64,000 bases of DNA from Macrostomum hystrix. Lineage: Eukaryota; Animalia; Platyhelminthes. Every line of letters starts with the position of its first letter. Positions within the stretch are counted from its first letter, which is position 1. A model generated the notes under the pieces. The model ran no database searches, was not told where the DNA came from, and worked only from the letters and a program-made list of their open reading frames with translations. A program made the translations under genes and the position numbers. The DNA is taken from contig CATNEN010000029.1 in NCBI GenBank assembly GCA_950097015.1, positions 6,386,001-6,450,000 of the forward strand. The letters run 5' to 3'. Positions 25,001-36,929 of this stretch are shown here, piece after piece.

Positions 25001-28000
25001 ATATTTCAGATTACAAATCTGCCATAAAACAATAGGGGTTGCTGAACCCTTGCGAATAGTTAAAGAACCAGAAAAAAGGTTTGTTTTTAACTTGACCCTA
25101 GCCGACAAACGCGTCATAATACGAGCTACTATCTGAATCGCAAAACTATCCAAACCATACTTGAAACTTATGTGATGCACTCGCATACGGCACTTAATTT
25201 ATTACGCATTTTCTTACTTCAATCTACAAAAACTTATTGACTCAGCTCACCACCCGCTTGAGCCGCTTGTTGGTGAAGATGACGTGAACCCGCCAGGTCT
25301 TCGCGAACATGGCCCCGAATGCGCACGAGTATCCAGCAGCGAGGCAGCAGGTCTGCGTCCAGCACAGAGACACTCCAGTGTAGGTGCCTCCGTTCAGAGC
25401 CATCGCGATGCAGCTGCAGTATCCGAGCACGCAGCCGAGAGCGATCACGAGGTTCACGTTCGGAGAGCTCAGTTTGATCAGCTTCAGGTTTCGGTACTTC
25501 AGGTTGACGCACACCGACACGACGGCGAGTCCGATTCCCACGCCAGACAGGACGAGACAGACGGTGATGGCCGGCTGGCTGACTGTGACTCGCTCATTCA
25601 GCACCACCGGAGAGTCGATTGGAGGCTTCTCACCTGCGAACTGCAGAGACCGCTGCCACACCGTGATGTTTGTGGCAGGGTCGAAGTTCGCCACTGGGAC
25701 GACGAGGTTATCTGTCGATAAGCGAGTTAGGTCAGAAATTGCCACTTTGGCTGCTCAAAGCAACAGCAGGAGGACAGCTCAAAGGCTGCACGTGCTCTTA
25801 CCTCGCATTTGAAATACAACGACCTGCCCGATTCGGTCTCCGTTGTTGTCAAACTGGACCGGGCCCTGGAGTAGTTTGAAAGTTGACAGCCACGCGTCAT
25901 ACTTTGATGTAAGCTTATACATCTTAAGAGCTTAGATGTATTGTCAAGCCATCAACATTCATGGGTAAGGTTGAAGCTTTTTGTCGACCGAATAAACAAA
26001 TGCTCAGAAGGCGGCTATAACCGAAAGGCAGCTAAGTCTCGTGTCTCGAATAAGCAAACTTAATTTTACTCAGGTTAATATTTTGAAGAAGTTTCTCGAA
26101 TTCTTTAAAAGCCATGCTTACGCCTCGTGTCAAATTTTATTGCCTGAAGCGGGCACCATTGAGCAGGGGCACTCAACGCATTATCAGCTTAGCTTGACTA
26201 CCGAAGGCATAGTTAAATTGCCATGACAATCCCTTTTTAATCGGTTGCTGCCCATCAGACTCGAATTTGAAGGCTTATTCCAATTTTAAGCTCAAGCAGC
26301 GTGTAAAAGCATTCTGGCTAAAATCATGGATTTAGAGCTATACAAGTCGTTTATCACCTCAAGGCCGTTGAAATTCTGATTGCGAATATTCTGCAGTAGA
26401 CTCGTCTTGAAGGAGCTGTTGCCGAGATCCATGCTGGAATTGTACGGGTAAAGCTTAAGCGTGTCATTGATGGCCAGGGCAACCGTTGTGAGTGTGTCAA
26501 ACATCCGTGCAGCCGAGTTGTTGGTGCTCGAGCCCCAGTCTCCGTAGACAGCCCTGTACGCTCTGTGTAAGTCGTCCATAGTCTGAAAAGGCGACATCAA
26601 TATCCCATGGATTTATATCCATTAATTATATAAATATACGAGTATAATATATATACAGGAGGGTTGTGGCACTGGAACATCATTTTGTGGCACTAAAATG
26701 GTAAATGGCAATTTGTCGTAAATGGCACGACAAGCCCCCGACCTTCCCTGCGAGGCTGCGCCTTAAATAAATGTGGCCTCGCCACGGAATCGAGCTTAGG
26801 GATCTAGGCAAACGCGTTAACCGCTCTGCCACTGACCCTCCATGACCAAACTGAGTTAGGTGGAATTTCTATATTCCTTCGTTTCTTTCTAGCCTGTTTA
26901 AGTGTTGTACGCTCTCACTGTGCTCTCACCAATCCAGTCTTGCTTGGTGGAGGTTTGTAGTTGGGATCTGCCATGGCTGAATCGAACAGGATGGCATTCT
27001 GCACGGCGGTCTTCCTCATCTCCACCGAGCAGTCTCTGATGGGCGCTGCGGCTGGTAGGCCGTGCCATCCGCTGAAGATCCATTGGTACTTCGGTCCGTA
27101 TAATCCGTATTCGTAAATCTGGGGCGATAGTCAAAAAGATTTTTTTTCAGGAATATGAAAACTCTAAGCTGTCAGCGATTCCGCACAACTGTCGCAGGTT
27201 CTCACCAAGCATTCCAAAGGTTCAGCCTCCAATGACGAGTAGCGAAAGGCCACAACAATCCTCACGTCGTCTGCCTGGATGAAAGAACGCAGTCATAGTG
27301 TATTCTCAGTTACGTTTACTGCTATTTAAGTAGTGTTGCGGGCTGGTCTGCAGGATAAAGCTCTGGTCTTTCAGAATAGAGCTTTTAGACAAGCAAATTT
27401 AATTTAGTGGCTATCTGAGCTAAATATCCTTTCAGGGTGCATTTAATGCAAGAAAGGTTATGATGGCTCGTTAAGACTTCCAAAAAAAACGAGGTACATT
27501 ATTTTGTGACCATAAATTACGTATAAGATAAAGCTTTATAATGCGCATTCTATGGTCAGAATGTCATAGAAATTAAATTTAGGTTAATTAAGGCTTACTG
27601 CGGCCAGTAAAGCCACATGTACAGCTTTTGCGTTGTAATTTATTCTGTCCGTGGACTAGGGAGGTCGCCACACCCACCAGGATTTCCACCCAGCTGATGA
27701 TAGTACTTATTTAACCACTGGGTGAACTGAATAATAGCAGAATTAAAATACGTATCTTGTGGACACAACTTTCTTTCCCTTGGGCTTAGATTCGAACTCA
27801 GGACCTATCGGTCAGAAGTCGGGAGCACTGGGCTTGAAGCTCCCCTTTCAGTTAGTTGTAAGTTAATATCAAACATCCAAGCTAACCTTTAAGCGCTGGA
27901 TAATGTCACGGGTGCCACTCGTAAAGAGAGCCTTGTAGATAACTGTTATATTCCTTGTGGCAATTAGGGCTTCAAACTTGACGCCCACCTGAAGTTAAAA

Positions 28001-28840
28001 GTATTTTTTTATGAAAGAAGAAGCTTTTCTATAGAGTTTCGATAAAGATTATGCAGAAATGACGAACCGGATAAATCTGGTCGGCTTCCGTGATCAGCAG
28101 ACCAATCTTGCGCCAGTTGTGCTTCAACAGAATCTGCACAATCTCCTCGTTGTAGAGCGCGTGTGTCATCAGCAGCCGGCTGTAGGTTGTGTACTGGGTC
28201 TTGTCGGACAGCAGAGGAGAAGCGTTTGCATAGGACAGCTGAGAAAAATATAATAATTTTATTCTCTACCAATTTATCTTTAGGCTAGCGAATAAGCTCA
28301 ACTCAAGTCAATCAAAGACATTTTGTTCTTTTGGATTCTCTCCTTCGGATTCTGTTTGAAAGTTTGTTCACGACTCACCATGGGCACGTAGTACAGCTTG
28401 CAAACGTCGGCCACCACCTGAGATTGCTGTGAGAATGTGATGCCGAGAATAACTGCTTTATTGGGCTCCTTGAAGTAGCCATCGATGAATGCCTTAGTGG
28501 CCGTCCCTGTGTCTTCCTGAAAGGTTATGGAAATAGTTGGCAATGGCCTCGATAAAATAGTAACAATTTAGCATCAAATGTCGGCGTCAACGAATGCCCT
28601 TACATCCAGAGCGCATTGGTAGTAAATGCTGAGCTTGAATCCTGGAAACATGCCAGTCAGGTTGTTGATGACCGGCAGGAAGGCTCTCAACGAGAGCTCC
28701 TGAAATCTTCGAGCGCCGGTGGCGGGTACAACAGTGCAGATGTTGAGCAGAGCAATTTCGGTTCGATTGTCCTGAGCGCTGCACAGAGCAGGTAGGCAAG
28801 CCACTGCACAGCAGATGAGCAGCCAACGCCAAGAATGCAT
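22044..28840 (-). CDS. GABA-B-receptor-like class C GPCR, copy 1; 13 exons: 28604-28840, 28379-28516, 28068-28238, 27887-27988, 27206-27274, 26930-27118, 26358-26582, 25802-25865, 25251-25711, 24245-24367, 24051-24147, 23477-23715, 22044-22154 (2226 nt, 741 aa)
   Basis: Signal peptide; Venus-flytrap motifs (LSYANASPLLSDK, DVRIVV, YGPKYQWIFSGW, GPVQFD..GDR); 7TM motifs typical of GABA-B (LIKLSSPNVN, FGAMFAKTWRVH, IKDWHL, KGFILIFGIFFAWETRKV, LNDSKQIG). All introns are GT-AG and in phase. The C-tail is short. Confidence 0.92.
22450..22985. repeat. Minisatellite, 32/29-bp unit (gtttattccggccggttgttctgcttgttgtc), in the last intron of receptor copy 1
   Basis: Directly visible. Each unit holds the palindrome CCGGCCGG. 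Confidence 0.95.
24375..24944 (+). mobile_element. tRNA-derived SINE, family C (570 bp), with 13-bp TSD gatggcctgcaat
   Basis: A box TGGGTCAGCGG, B box AGTTCGATTCT, A-rich 3' end. Direct repeats at 24362-24374 and 24945-24957. Homologous to 29345-29883. Confidence 0.8.
26730..26841 (-). mobile_element. SINE family A, head fragment
   Basis: The reverse complement reads GGAGGGTCAGTGGCAGAGCGGTTAACGCGTTTGCC..GCTCGATTCCGTGGCGAGGCCACATT. Confidence 0.75.
27600..27840 (-). mobile_element. Degraded SINE family B (CORE-type) copy
   Basis: Retains gtccgtggactagg..gccacacccacc..ctgggtgaactgaa..ggacacaa..ttcgaac. Confidence 0.6.
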
Positions 28841-29344
28841 GGTGCTGGCAAAATGCTGACTCTGACTTTGATCGCAGCTTCAGGTGTATTTCAATAGAAA
28901 GGTGTTCAACGCCGATTGGTTTCTACCTGGCAGCCAGTAAATATTAGCACACAGCTTTCAAAATCACATTTGGCGTTTGAGGATGGCTGCTAAACAAGTA
29001 TTCTCAATTCCTCGTCGAGCAGCTTACGGATTGTAGCCACTGCTCTTATTCTCAGCACAATAAAGCCAAGTGATGCTTACAACTTGTGGTTAATAATGAT
29101 TAAAAAATTACGAAACACATCACATTTTTTAACTGGAAAACGGAACATTATTGCTTCTTTCGTGCTTTAGGTGCTTCGGTAGCGCAGCGGGCTCGCTACT
29201 TCACCTGGGCAATATCTCCTCCCCAAATGCAAACATCAGCTTGACTTCAGGCAGACCTTCGGGCAGTTTCAGACTCCTTCAAGATCTCATCGGGGCTGGC
29301 GGCCAGAGCTGGGCAGTCAGGTGTCGGGGTCCTTTCGCCACGGA

Positions 29345-29883
29345 ATTTACTTAATTACGAGTACTTATTTGCAGGGGGGCCTGGGGCACTTGACGCACAA
29401 ACACAGGAACGGCATGCCCCCAGGCCGGCGAACTAGGCGGGAGTCGCCCATCGCGCCATCTAGACCCCTGGACACAGGCACCTCACACACAGCAGCAAGC
29501 CAATCGGGGAAGGGAGCGGCAGCCGGAGTGCCTCTCACCCCAGGCCCGCACACGCACAGAGCAGATCAAACCAGGGGAGGACTTAGATGCCTGAAGGGTA
29601 GGGACGAGAGTAAACATTGGTGCACACCCGCCCCACCCCCATACAACGCCTCACACCCGACCCAACGCACAAACACCAACACAAACAAACAGGCATGCAG
29701 AAGGCAGGGGTTAAGCTATTTTAAATTAGCTTTGGTTGCGCAGAATAAGGTGCATCTCCGCAAGTCACTACTTCGCAAACCTCCAACTAAGCCCCGAAAT
29801 AATCGTGACTTGGAGGAAGGAACGAACCACCGACCATTGGAAAGTAAGGTAGCGAAATTAGCCGCTGACCCACTCACCCCGTC
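29345..29883 (-). mobile_element. SINE family C copy (539 bp) with 11-bp TSD ttcgccacgga
   Basis: Reverse head GGGGTGAGTGGGTCAGCGG..GGTTCGTTCC. Body is alignable to 24375-24944. Direct repeats at 29334-29344 and 29884-29894. Confidence 0.78.
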
Positions 29884-30744
29884 TTCGCCACGGACACGAA
29901 CGCCAGAGTACCGGTCGGACCAGTGTCGGCGTCGGCATTTTTCTGAGAGACTTGCTGGGGTAGGAGGGACAATGATGTTTGGCTGTGCCTTGTTGCAGCC
30001 GGGTAGTTTGCTTGGTCCAGTGGCAGGGGGATCCGTTTATGACCGGCAAAACACAGCAACAACAACACCGGTCGGTCTATAAGCCTGACCCAAGACTTTC
30101 GCTGTGGCTCGTATCCGGCACCGCCTCTAAGTCGCGCGGGGAGGAACGCACGGCTTCCACTGGGCGGCTAAGAGTGCCGGAGTTCTGTCATTGCTCCTCT
30201 CCAGGGGGCGGTGGTTGTAGCTCCTTCTGATAGCGGCCTCGCGAGGTTCATTCTCACATGGAGAGCCGACGGATTGGAGTTCAGTCCGCAGACAGCAACA
30301 ACAACAATATCAAAAACACCAAAAACAGCAGCAACAGCTGCAGCAGCAACGATTTTTATCGATTTTCAAACATCTGTGTATTAGGACAGATTTGAATGCT
30401 TGATTCGGAGAAATCCAAATGATTTGAATGATTCATATTACTTGTTCCAGTAGTGCGAAGCGCACAGGTTTCCAGAGATAATTGATAAAAAAATGGAGTA
30501 TTGGAGACGGGAAAATAGCTTGTTACGAGCGTATTTTCCGTCTAGCAAAAGAGATTTCTTGCTCTGTTTGTAATGCTTATTAGAGTCTAATTAGAGTGTT
30601 TAAAAGGATCCACAACACATCAGTTGCCCTTTGTTGCAACAACAACAAAGGTGCGTGAAAGTCAGAGAGCGCGTTTCTGTGACATCGACCTCAAAAGTCA
30701 CACCCCTGCTTTGTCCGTAGTGCCAGAATCGGTCAATAGCCAGG

Positions 30745-31015
30745 GATATCTCGATTCCGAGCCACATTCATTTGTTGTTTGGGTGCTTTTCGTGCAATTG
30801 ACGCCCTTGAGGGCCAACCTCCAAGGCACAGTGAGAGTGTACACTGCCCGACGATGAGAAAGTCAGGGCAGATGTACACACCTGTGTGAGCGTATGCCTG
30901 CGTACGGTGTCTGTGTGTATGTGTGCTCAGGAGTCAGCGAAATAGGCAGAATTGCCTCCTCGCTGGCTGCGGGTCTAGTGTCACCAAATGATGAGCCATT
31001 GCCTGTAGCCTTCTT
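30745..31015 (+). mobile_element. SINE family A copy, 5'-truncated
   Basis: ctcgattccga gccacattcattt..cccttgagggccaacctccaaggcacagtgagagtgtacac.. matches the family body. Confidence 0.75.
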
Positions 31016-31949
31016 GTAAAAATTAATTCTTTGTCGCAGTGAGATACTTTGACAGCGACTTTGTTCGCATCTGGCCTTTGCCCAATTTTTTATAAACTTG
31101 AACGATTTTTTCTAATTGTTTTTTGTTGTTACAAACAGAAACAGGTACTTAAGTGTAAAAATGGAAGGAACAATTATGCTAATGAGCTTTTGCTATTAGC
31201 TTCAAGACAAGATACAATCCGAATTTTTTTAATTGGTACTAATTAAGTACTCTTCTTAATAGCAAAAGTGAAGTTGAATTGGGGAATGCGTCATTTTTCA
31301 GCTCAATATTGCGAATTAAACGGAACTCACGAATAACAGCTTCTGTAGGTTTTTGTGCAGTGTACTGCCGCGAACTACTGCTGGAATCGCATGACAGCAT
31401 ACGAGTATATTGCAAACTTATAATAAAATTCAACGCCTTATATACGAGCGTACTATCGAAGCGATTAACTTTTAACAAAATGGAATTAACCGTTGTTGGA
31501 TGATGATTCAATTCAATTGTCATTTACGAGGACTCTAAACCTTGCGATGGAAAATACGAAACCATCAGTCTATAAAGTGCTACTAAAACTTTCAGACTCG
31601 AAGTTTCAGTACATTTTTCAGACGCAAAGTTTGAAAGTTTGTGACTGTGTTTCTGAACGCACGACAACAAATTACAGTTATTTCGCGAAATCCGTTTGGT
31701 TTCGGCTCGAGACACAAGTTCGACCCATGTTTTTAGAATGAGACCTGAAGATGAAAATTCAGGCACCGGTTTGCTCCGGGTGAACAGACGCACCGACCAT
31801 GTTCAATGTGCTCGTGGCGTTTTTAATGTTAGCTGGCCCGTGCTGAGCTAGTAGGATCATCTGCGAGTGGTGGTTACCGATGCATATTCGAATAGGCCAA
31901 TAACGTTATTAAAAAACTATAATAATAATTTACAAAAATTTATTACACC

Positions 31950-32605
31950 TGCCCTAATTGGGCCATTTGTGCAGCCGAAAGAACTGCCACAGTTATTGCA
32001 CGGCGTATCTGAAAGTGTATCTTAAATTTCTGCGTACGGCTTTTCAGTCTATGGACTGGGGAGACGCCACTCGCACCCTCAATTACCGTAGCTAATAATT
32101 TCATAATATTATTACATCATTTGGTGACAGCAGACCCGCAGCCAGCGAGGAGGCAATTCTTCCCATTTCGCTGACTCCTGAGCACACAAGCACACAGACA
32201 CCGTACACAGGCACACGCTCACACAGGTGTGTACATCTGCCCTGACTTTCTCATCATCAGGCAGTATACACTTCACTGTGCCTTGGAGGTTGGCCCTCAA
32301 GGGCGTAAATTGCACGACAAGATACTTGGATACTTGGAGAGAAGCCCACAAGCCTTCTCTCCGCGCCCCAAATAAATTTGCCCTCGCCGCGAAATCGAAC
32401 TTAGGGACCGTGGTGCGAGAAGCAAACGCGTTAACCTCTCTGCTACCGATCCCCATTTACCCATTTAACAGCAGGGTAAACTGAAGCGATTCAGAGTTAA
32501 GTCTCTTACTAAAGTACACAGATTATTTCCGTGGAGTCGGGAATCGAACCCCCGACCTTCAAGTCGTGAGTCGGATGCTTTAACCGCTAGGCTACAACCC
32601 CCTCA
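31950..32605 (-). mobile_element. SINE family B (CORE-type) interrupted by a family A copy (about 32110-32453, minus)
   Basis: The family B head and CORE lie at 32455-32605 and its 3' part at 31950-32095, with a full family A element between them. Confidence 0.75.
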
Positions 32606-33281
32606 ATTATAATGAAACTTCGAATCGCCATAAATACCTTGCTGCCGAACACGAGCAGCAGGGTGGTGGTGGAGCAGACGACGATGCAGACGACCACCAG
32701 CACGAAGCGCAGCGTGACCTGGCTGTTGGGCAGCACGAAGCTGAGCGAGACTCCGATCGCGGCCATGATGAGCGTGTTGTACACACAGATGCCAATCTGC
32801 TTGCTGTCGTTCAGCGCCTCCAGCTGGACCTTGCGCGTCTCCCAGGCGAAGAAGATACCGAAGATTAAAAGCAGGCCTTTTAAAAAATACCCGAAAGCAT
32901 TTCATTTTACAAAGCGAATTCGTCGAAGGGAATTCCTGCATTCTCACTCGTGATTTTGTAAGTAGCGCAATTTTTTTAGCTTGTTGGAACTAAATTTTCG
33001 TATCACCATTTATATTTACATCAGAAAATTGTCCGAGCTGCGCTTGTGACACCGGCCGTAATGTTGAGAGACATTTTATTGCTAGTTCTAAAGCCACCTC
33101 GTTTTTCATCATCGTGCCGATAAATATTCATTCCAACACACAAAACGTTTTAAATCGACAATTAGTCAATCTAATAAAATGTATCATATTTTTTTAATTA
33201 ACGAAATATGCTCGTCAGTCCAGCGAATTATTGTTTTAACTTTTCTCGTTTCGCTCTCTAAGCCTTTACATTTAGACGCAT

Positions 33282-35624
33282 TGATGTGGAGTGTACTTCG
33301 GAATCGAGTGGGGTTGTGAGCCAGCCTAATTTTTTCCAATTTTTAGCAAGTCAATAATCGCGACCCACATAGCAGCTGGCCGCAGAACACTATCATTAAT
33401 CTTAGGGCCAGACATTGGGCGGAGGTGAATTAAGTAGCCGCCGATTCCCTTTGTCTCGGATCTGTCTAGTCCCCTGTAGGAGTGACTGATCGCGGAAATA
33501 GCAATACTGTATGGACTAGTTTAGGTTATAATTCCCCTCCAAACCGCGATCAGATTGTCGGGATCACTCATGCGTTTAGAGTGAGCTTTAATTCTTCATG
33601 TCCCTTTTCTTTACTGTAACCCGAGCCGAAGCTCGATTATGACCTTTCCCCCTTTAGATACATGTAACGACACTATAGGCAGGTCGGCGCCTGCGCTTCC
33701 CATATCCCGGCGGGATCACAATCATTGGCCGACTGCCGGCAGACGCTCCTAGTGGGGCATCTGGCGATTCTCGCCGCCGCTTCAGTGGGCAATTGGGGTG
33801 GCATTATGCCGACCCGATTCCTCGCTGACAGGCCGGCGAGCATGTGGGTTATTTTGATGAATGCGAGGTTGGCGGAGCTGCAGGACTATTTAAGAGAGCG
33901 CGCTGCGCTGCCCCTAGGGGACCACCCTTCGGACCTACCTTCCCCCGAACCTACTTTTCCGCCCCTACAACCTTTTTCCCTTGTCCGGTCCCGGAACTCG
34001 GTCCGTGGACTCTCCCCCTTCTAGGCTAGCACCTAGTCCCTGAGCCTAAGGCTCCAGATCATAGCAGCAGGCAACTACCTGCTAGTGCCCTTAAGCGCAA
34101 GCCACCTCTTTAGGTGCGCTCCAAATTGAGCCTTGAGCTCCCTGCAGTCTGGCCCCTTGCCAACTGTACTTAGAAATTCCTCACCTTTTCTCCTGTTCAT
34201 TTGCATTCCCCCGCGAGATCGACGGCCTGCAGCCTGTCAACCAGCGTATTCAGATAAGTAACCCGCGCAGCGGACTGTTATTGCTATCCCTAAGGGATTT
34301 ACTACTTAGCTAGTGGGCAATAAGGGCGAGGGCAGGGATTTGTTTTTAGCCTAATAAACCATTTATTATTTGACTGCCACTTTTAATAACTTAGGCCAAT
34401 TTTATAACAACTAAACCTTTCCTTATCATGCTATTCTCTTCTGTTTATTTTATCGCTAGGCAGCCCTCGGTCATGAGTGGCTAACTCATTAGGGGGTGGG
34501 CTCTGGCGATGCCTAGCTGAAAGCTGCGGCAGGAGGACAACTGTGAGCGCGCATGAGAGTAATATGGAGCTAGGGATTTGCGAGCTAAATGCGGGATGTA
34601 GCGTGTGCACTTCTGCCTACGAGGTGGGGGATTCCTTGGCCGGCTTTCCTCACTCTCTCGGCGGGTTCCAGTGTATGCGTCAAGTTCCTTTGCCAATTTG
34701 AATTCTCCCTCTTTTCCCCGCCTTTCGCAACCGCGGCCATGGAAGCGAGAGGCGTGATCTAATAATTTCCTGCTTGCATAATCACTCAGCCAGTGTTCAG
34801 CTTAATCTCTCCTGCCTCTGTTCTCCTCAACTCACACAGAATCGGCTTGCTAGTTATCTAATGAATAGGCTGCAGTCTAATGTACGGAATGTGTCTAATG
34901 TCTCATGAGTAGGATTCTGGCTATGGATTTCTCATTCGGGTTCGGAGTACCACCTTTCTAGACCACTGTAGCGCAGTTTCAGGAATCCCCTTGTGAGGCG
35001 TGACTCGATCCATTCTGGGGTTCTCACCCTAGTCTAAAACGGAAGTTACAGAATGCTCTATTTTTCGGCTTGTCTAAGATCTGTGTGACAAACTGGGAGC
35101 TGCGAGCTCCGGGGACCCAAGTTCCCAAATGTCTGCGGTGGCCACGTAGGCGCATTGGGTGGTGGCGCTACCTTCGATCATTATCCGCTTTGCCGATAGC
35201 CTTTCCGCATTTCTAAGACAAGAGCCTAGGCCGAGTCGACCACTGCTACCAAAGTTAGGAGTCAGTTACGAACATGCTACTGATGACAGTAGGCTATCTA
35301 GCCCTGTCCTATTCGCTTGCGGGTAGTCCGACATCTATTTAGACTTTTAGCCGGTTTCGAGCACTGCTTGGGGTGGGCACGGCAGTCATGCCTGTGGCCC
35401 ATGGGTTGGGTGGGACTGGCCAGCCTGAGGCCAATAGGACCACTCACTTGCATCCTTTGTACCGCCTCATCTCTCCCTTCATCTCTCCCTTCATCCCTCC
35501 CTTCGTCATCCCTCTCTGCGACAACTCGCGGCAGCAGCGATCGACCTCCGACTCTATCGTCGTTTTCCACACTCCTATCTTTCATGAGGGCGGTCATCGG
35601 CTAGCAAAGACCCGCACTATTTCA
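33282..35624 (+). repeat. 5' LTR (2343 bp)
   Basis: Identical to the 3' LTR wherever spot-checked. The ORF track gives identical peptides at +7855. Confidence 0.95.
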
Positions 35625-35625
35625 A

Positions 35626-35645
35626 TGGTGGCATCGAGGTGGGAT
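35626..35645 (+). promoter_or_regulatory. Primer-binding site, tRNA-Leu-like
   Basis: TGGTGGCATCGAGGTGGGAT lies 1 nt after the LTR. It is close to the complement of a eukaryotic tRNA-Leu 3' end (..ATCCCACCGCTGCCACCA), but not a perfect match. Confidence 0.75.
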
Positions 35646-36929
35646 CTAGAAAGGGCGCGAAACGAACTTGATTTTCAATTATTAGTTTAGCGCCGCAGAT
35701 TTCTGTGGTAGCTTGCCGAAAGGGCTCCTTCTGGATTTCATTTTCCGTATGCCGAAATCTTATCTCAGTTCTAGTGACTGTCAATTAATTTCCGAACAGT
35801 TGCAATTTGGTTTCAATTTAATTTAGGCTTTTGTTAGAGTTTCCAAAATTCTGATTAGTGACTTTCTACTATGAGTAGGCTGTGTGAGCGGACTTCATGC
35901 TAGAGTGTCTTCGGGTTAGTGGCTGCTGCAGGAGTCGGGGACTGTCTGTGGGGTTTTCCCGCGTGATTGATCTGGGAGGGGCCATTCTTAACGAGGGACC
36001 GGGCAACGCCGTTCGGCCTTCTAACCGAGCGAGGGGAGCCCCCGGCAATGCAGCCGGGAATCGATGACTCGCCGAGCACCGGGGATTGGTTCTCTTGGGC
36101 AGCTTGCGGGCCTGCTTACGTGTACCTGATTTTGAAAGTGTCACATAACTTTGACCAAGTCTGACTTTGGTGGGGAACAGTTAGGGAGGTGGGACTTCTG
36201 AGGGAGGTCTAGCGACCCCCGTGCCCGCCTCTCGAAACTGCCTACTTCAAGTATGGGCTAGAATTCGGTCGGCACGTTTTTCTAAGAGATTCTTTGAGGG
36301 GTTTTCTAAATGGGGTTGCCAGGCTTTAGCCATGGACTCCTATCCGAGCGAGATCCCAGGTATATCCCCCCTGGGCTTCCCAGTCTCGTTAATCGCGAGG
36401 GGGGCCCCCGGCAATGCAGCCGGGAACCGATGACTCCCCGAACGAGTCGGGGATTATCCCTTCTCTGAGTATCTTATTGAGGCGTGTACTTTCCAAGGTA
36501 GGGTGATAGGCTGTTGCAGGCGCAAGCTTGCAGTAGTACTGACCCCGCCGTACCTATAGTGCAACAGTCCGCTATAGGGTTGCAGAACGAGTGCTAAGTT
36601 AAAACCTAGACTTCTATGTCCCAAACTTAAGTGCGCGCAAACAGTTGTCAGTAGCCAAGGCTGGAAGCAAAGCTAGCCAGGGCCCTGGGCCCTTTTCTCT
36701 CTCACTGATCTTTGATCATTTTTGCAGCAGGGTTGCTCTCTAGGAGTAGGGAACTCGCCGCATCATTAACCAGGGCTGGATTTGACAGCTCAGGCTCGTT
36801 TCTTTTCCCCCCTGCACGATCTCCAGTCGTGATCTGTGTTTTCCTTTTCCTCCCCTCCCCCATTGTTGCATTAGCGACAGACCCCCCTCTTTTTCATTCG
36901 CAAAATCCTCATTCCTCTTTTGGCCGAAA

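Noticed and set aside
25284-25812. Plus-strand ORFs repeated at 25.3, 44.3 and 52.1 kb
   Set aside because: Antisense and alternative frames of the homogenised receptor exon 9. Their recurrence only reflects that identity.
29200-30350. GC-rich segment hosting the family C SINE, considered as a solo LTR or exon
   Set aside because: No matching TG..CA termini with a TSD, and no convincing ORF after removing the SINE.
35280-35310. CTGATGA followed by a hairpin in the LTR, considered as a hammerhead ribozyme
   Set aside because: The required GAAA after stem II is absent. The CGATGA motifs at 36.06 and 36.43 kb also lack it.
33725-35690. Short ORFs inside the LTR (duplicated at +7855)
   Set aside because: No recognisable motifs. 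The duplication is simply the second LTR.
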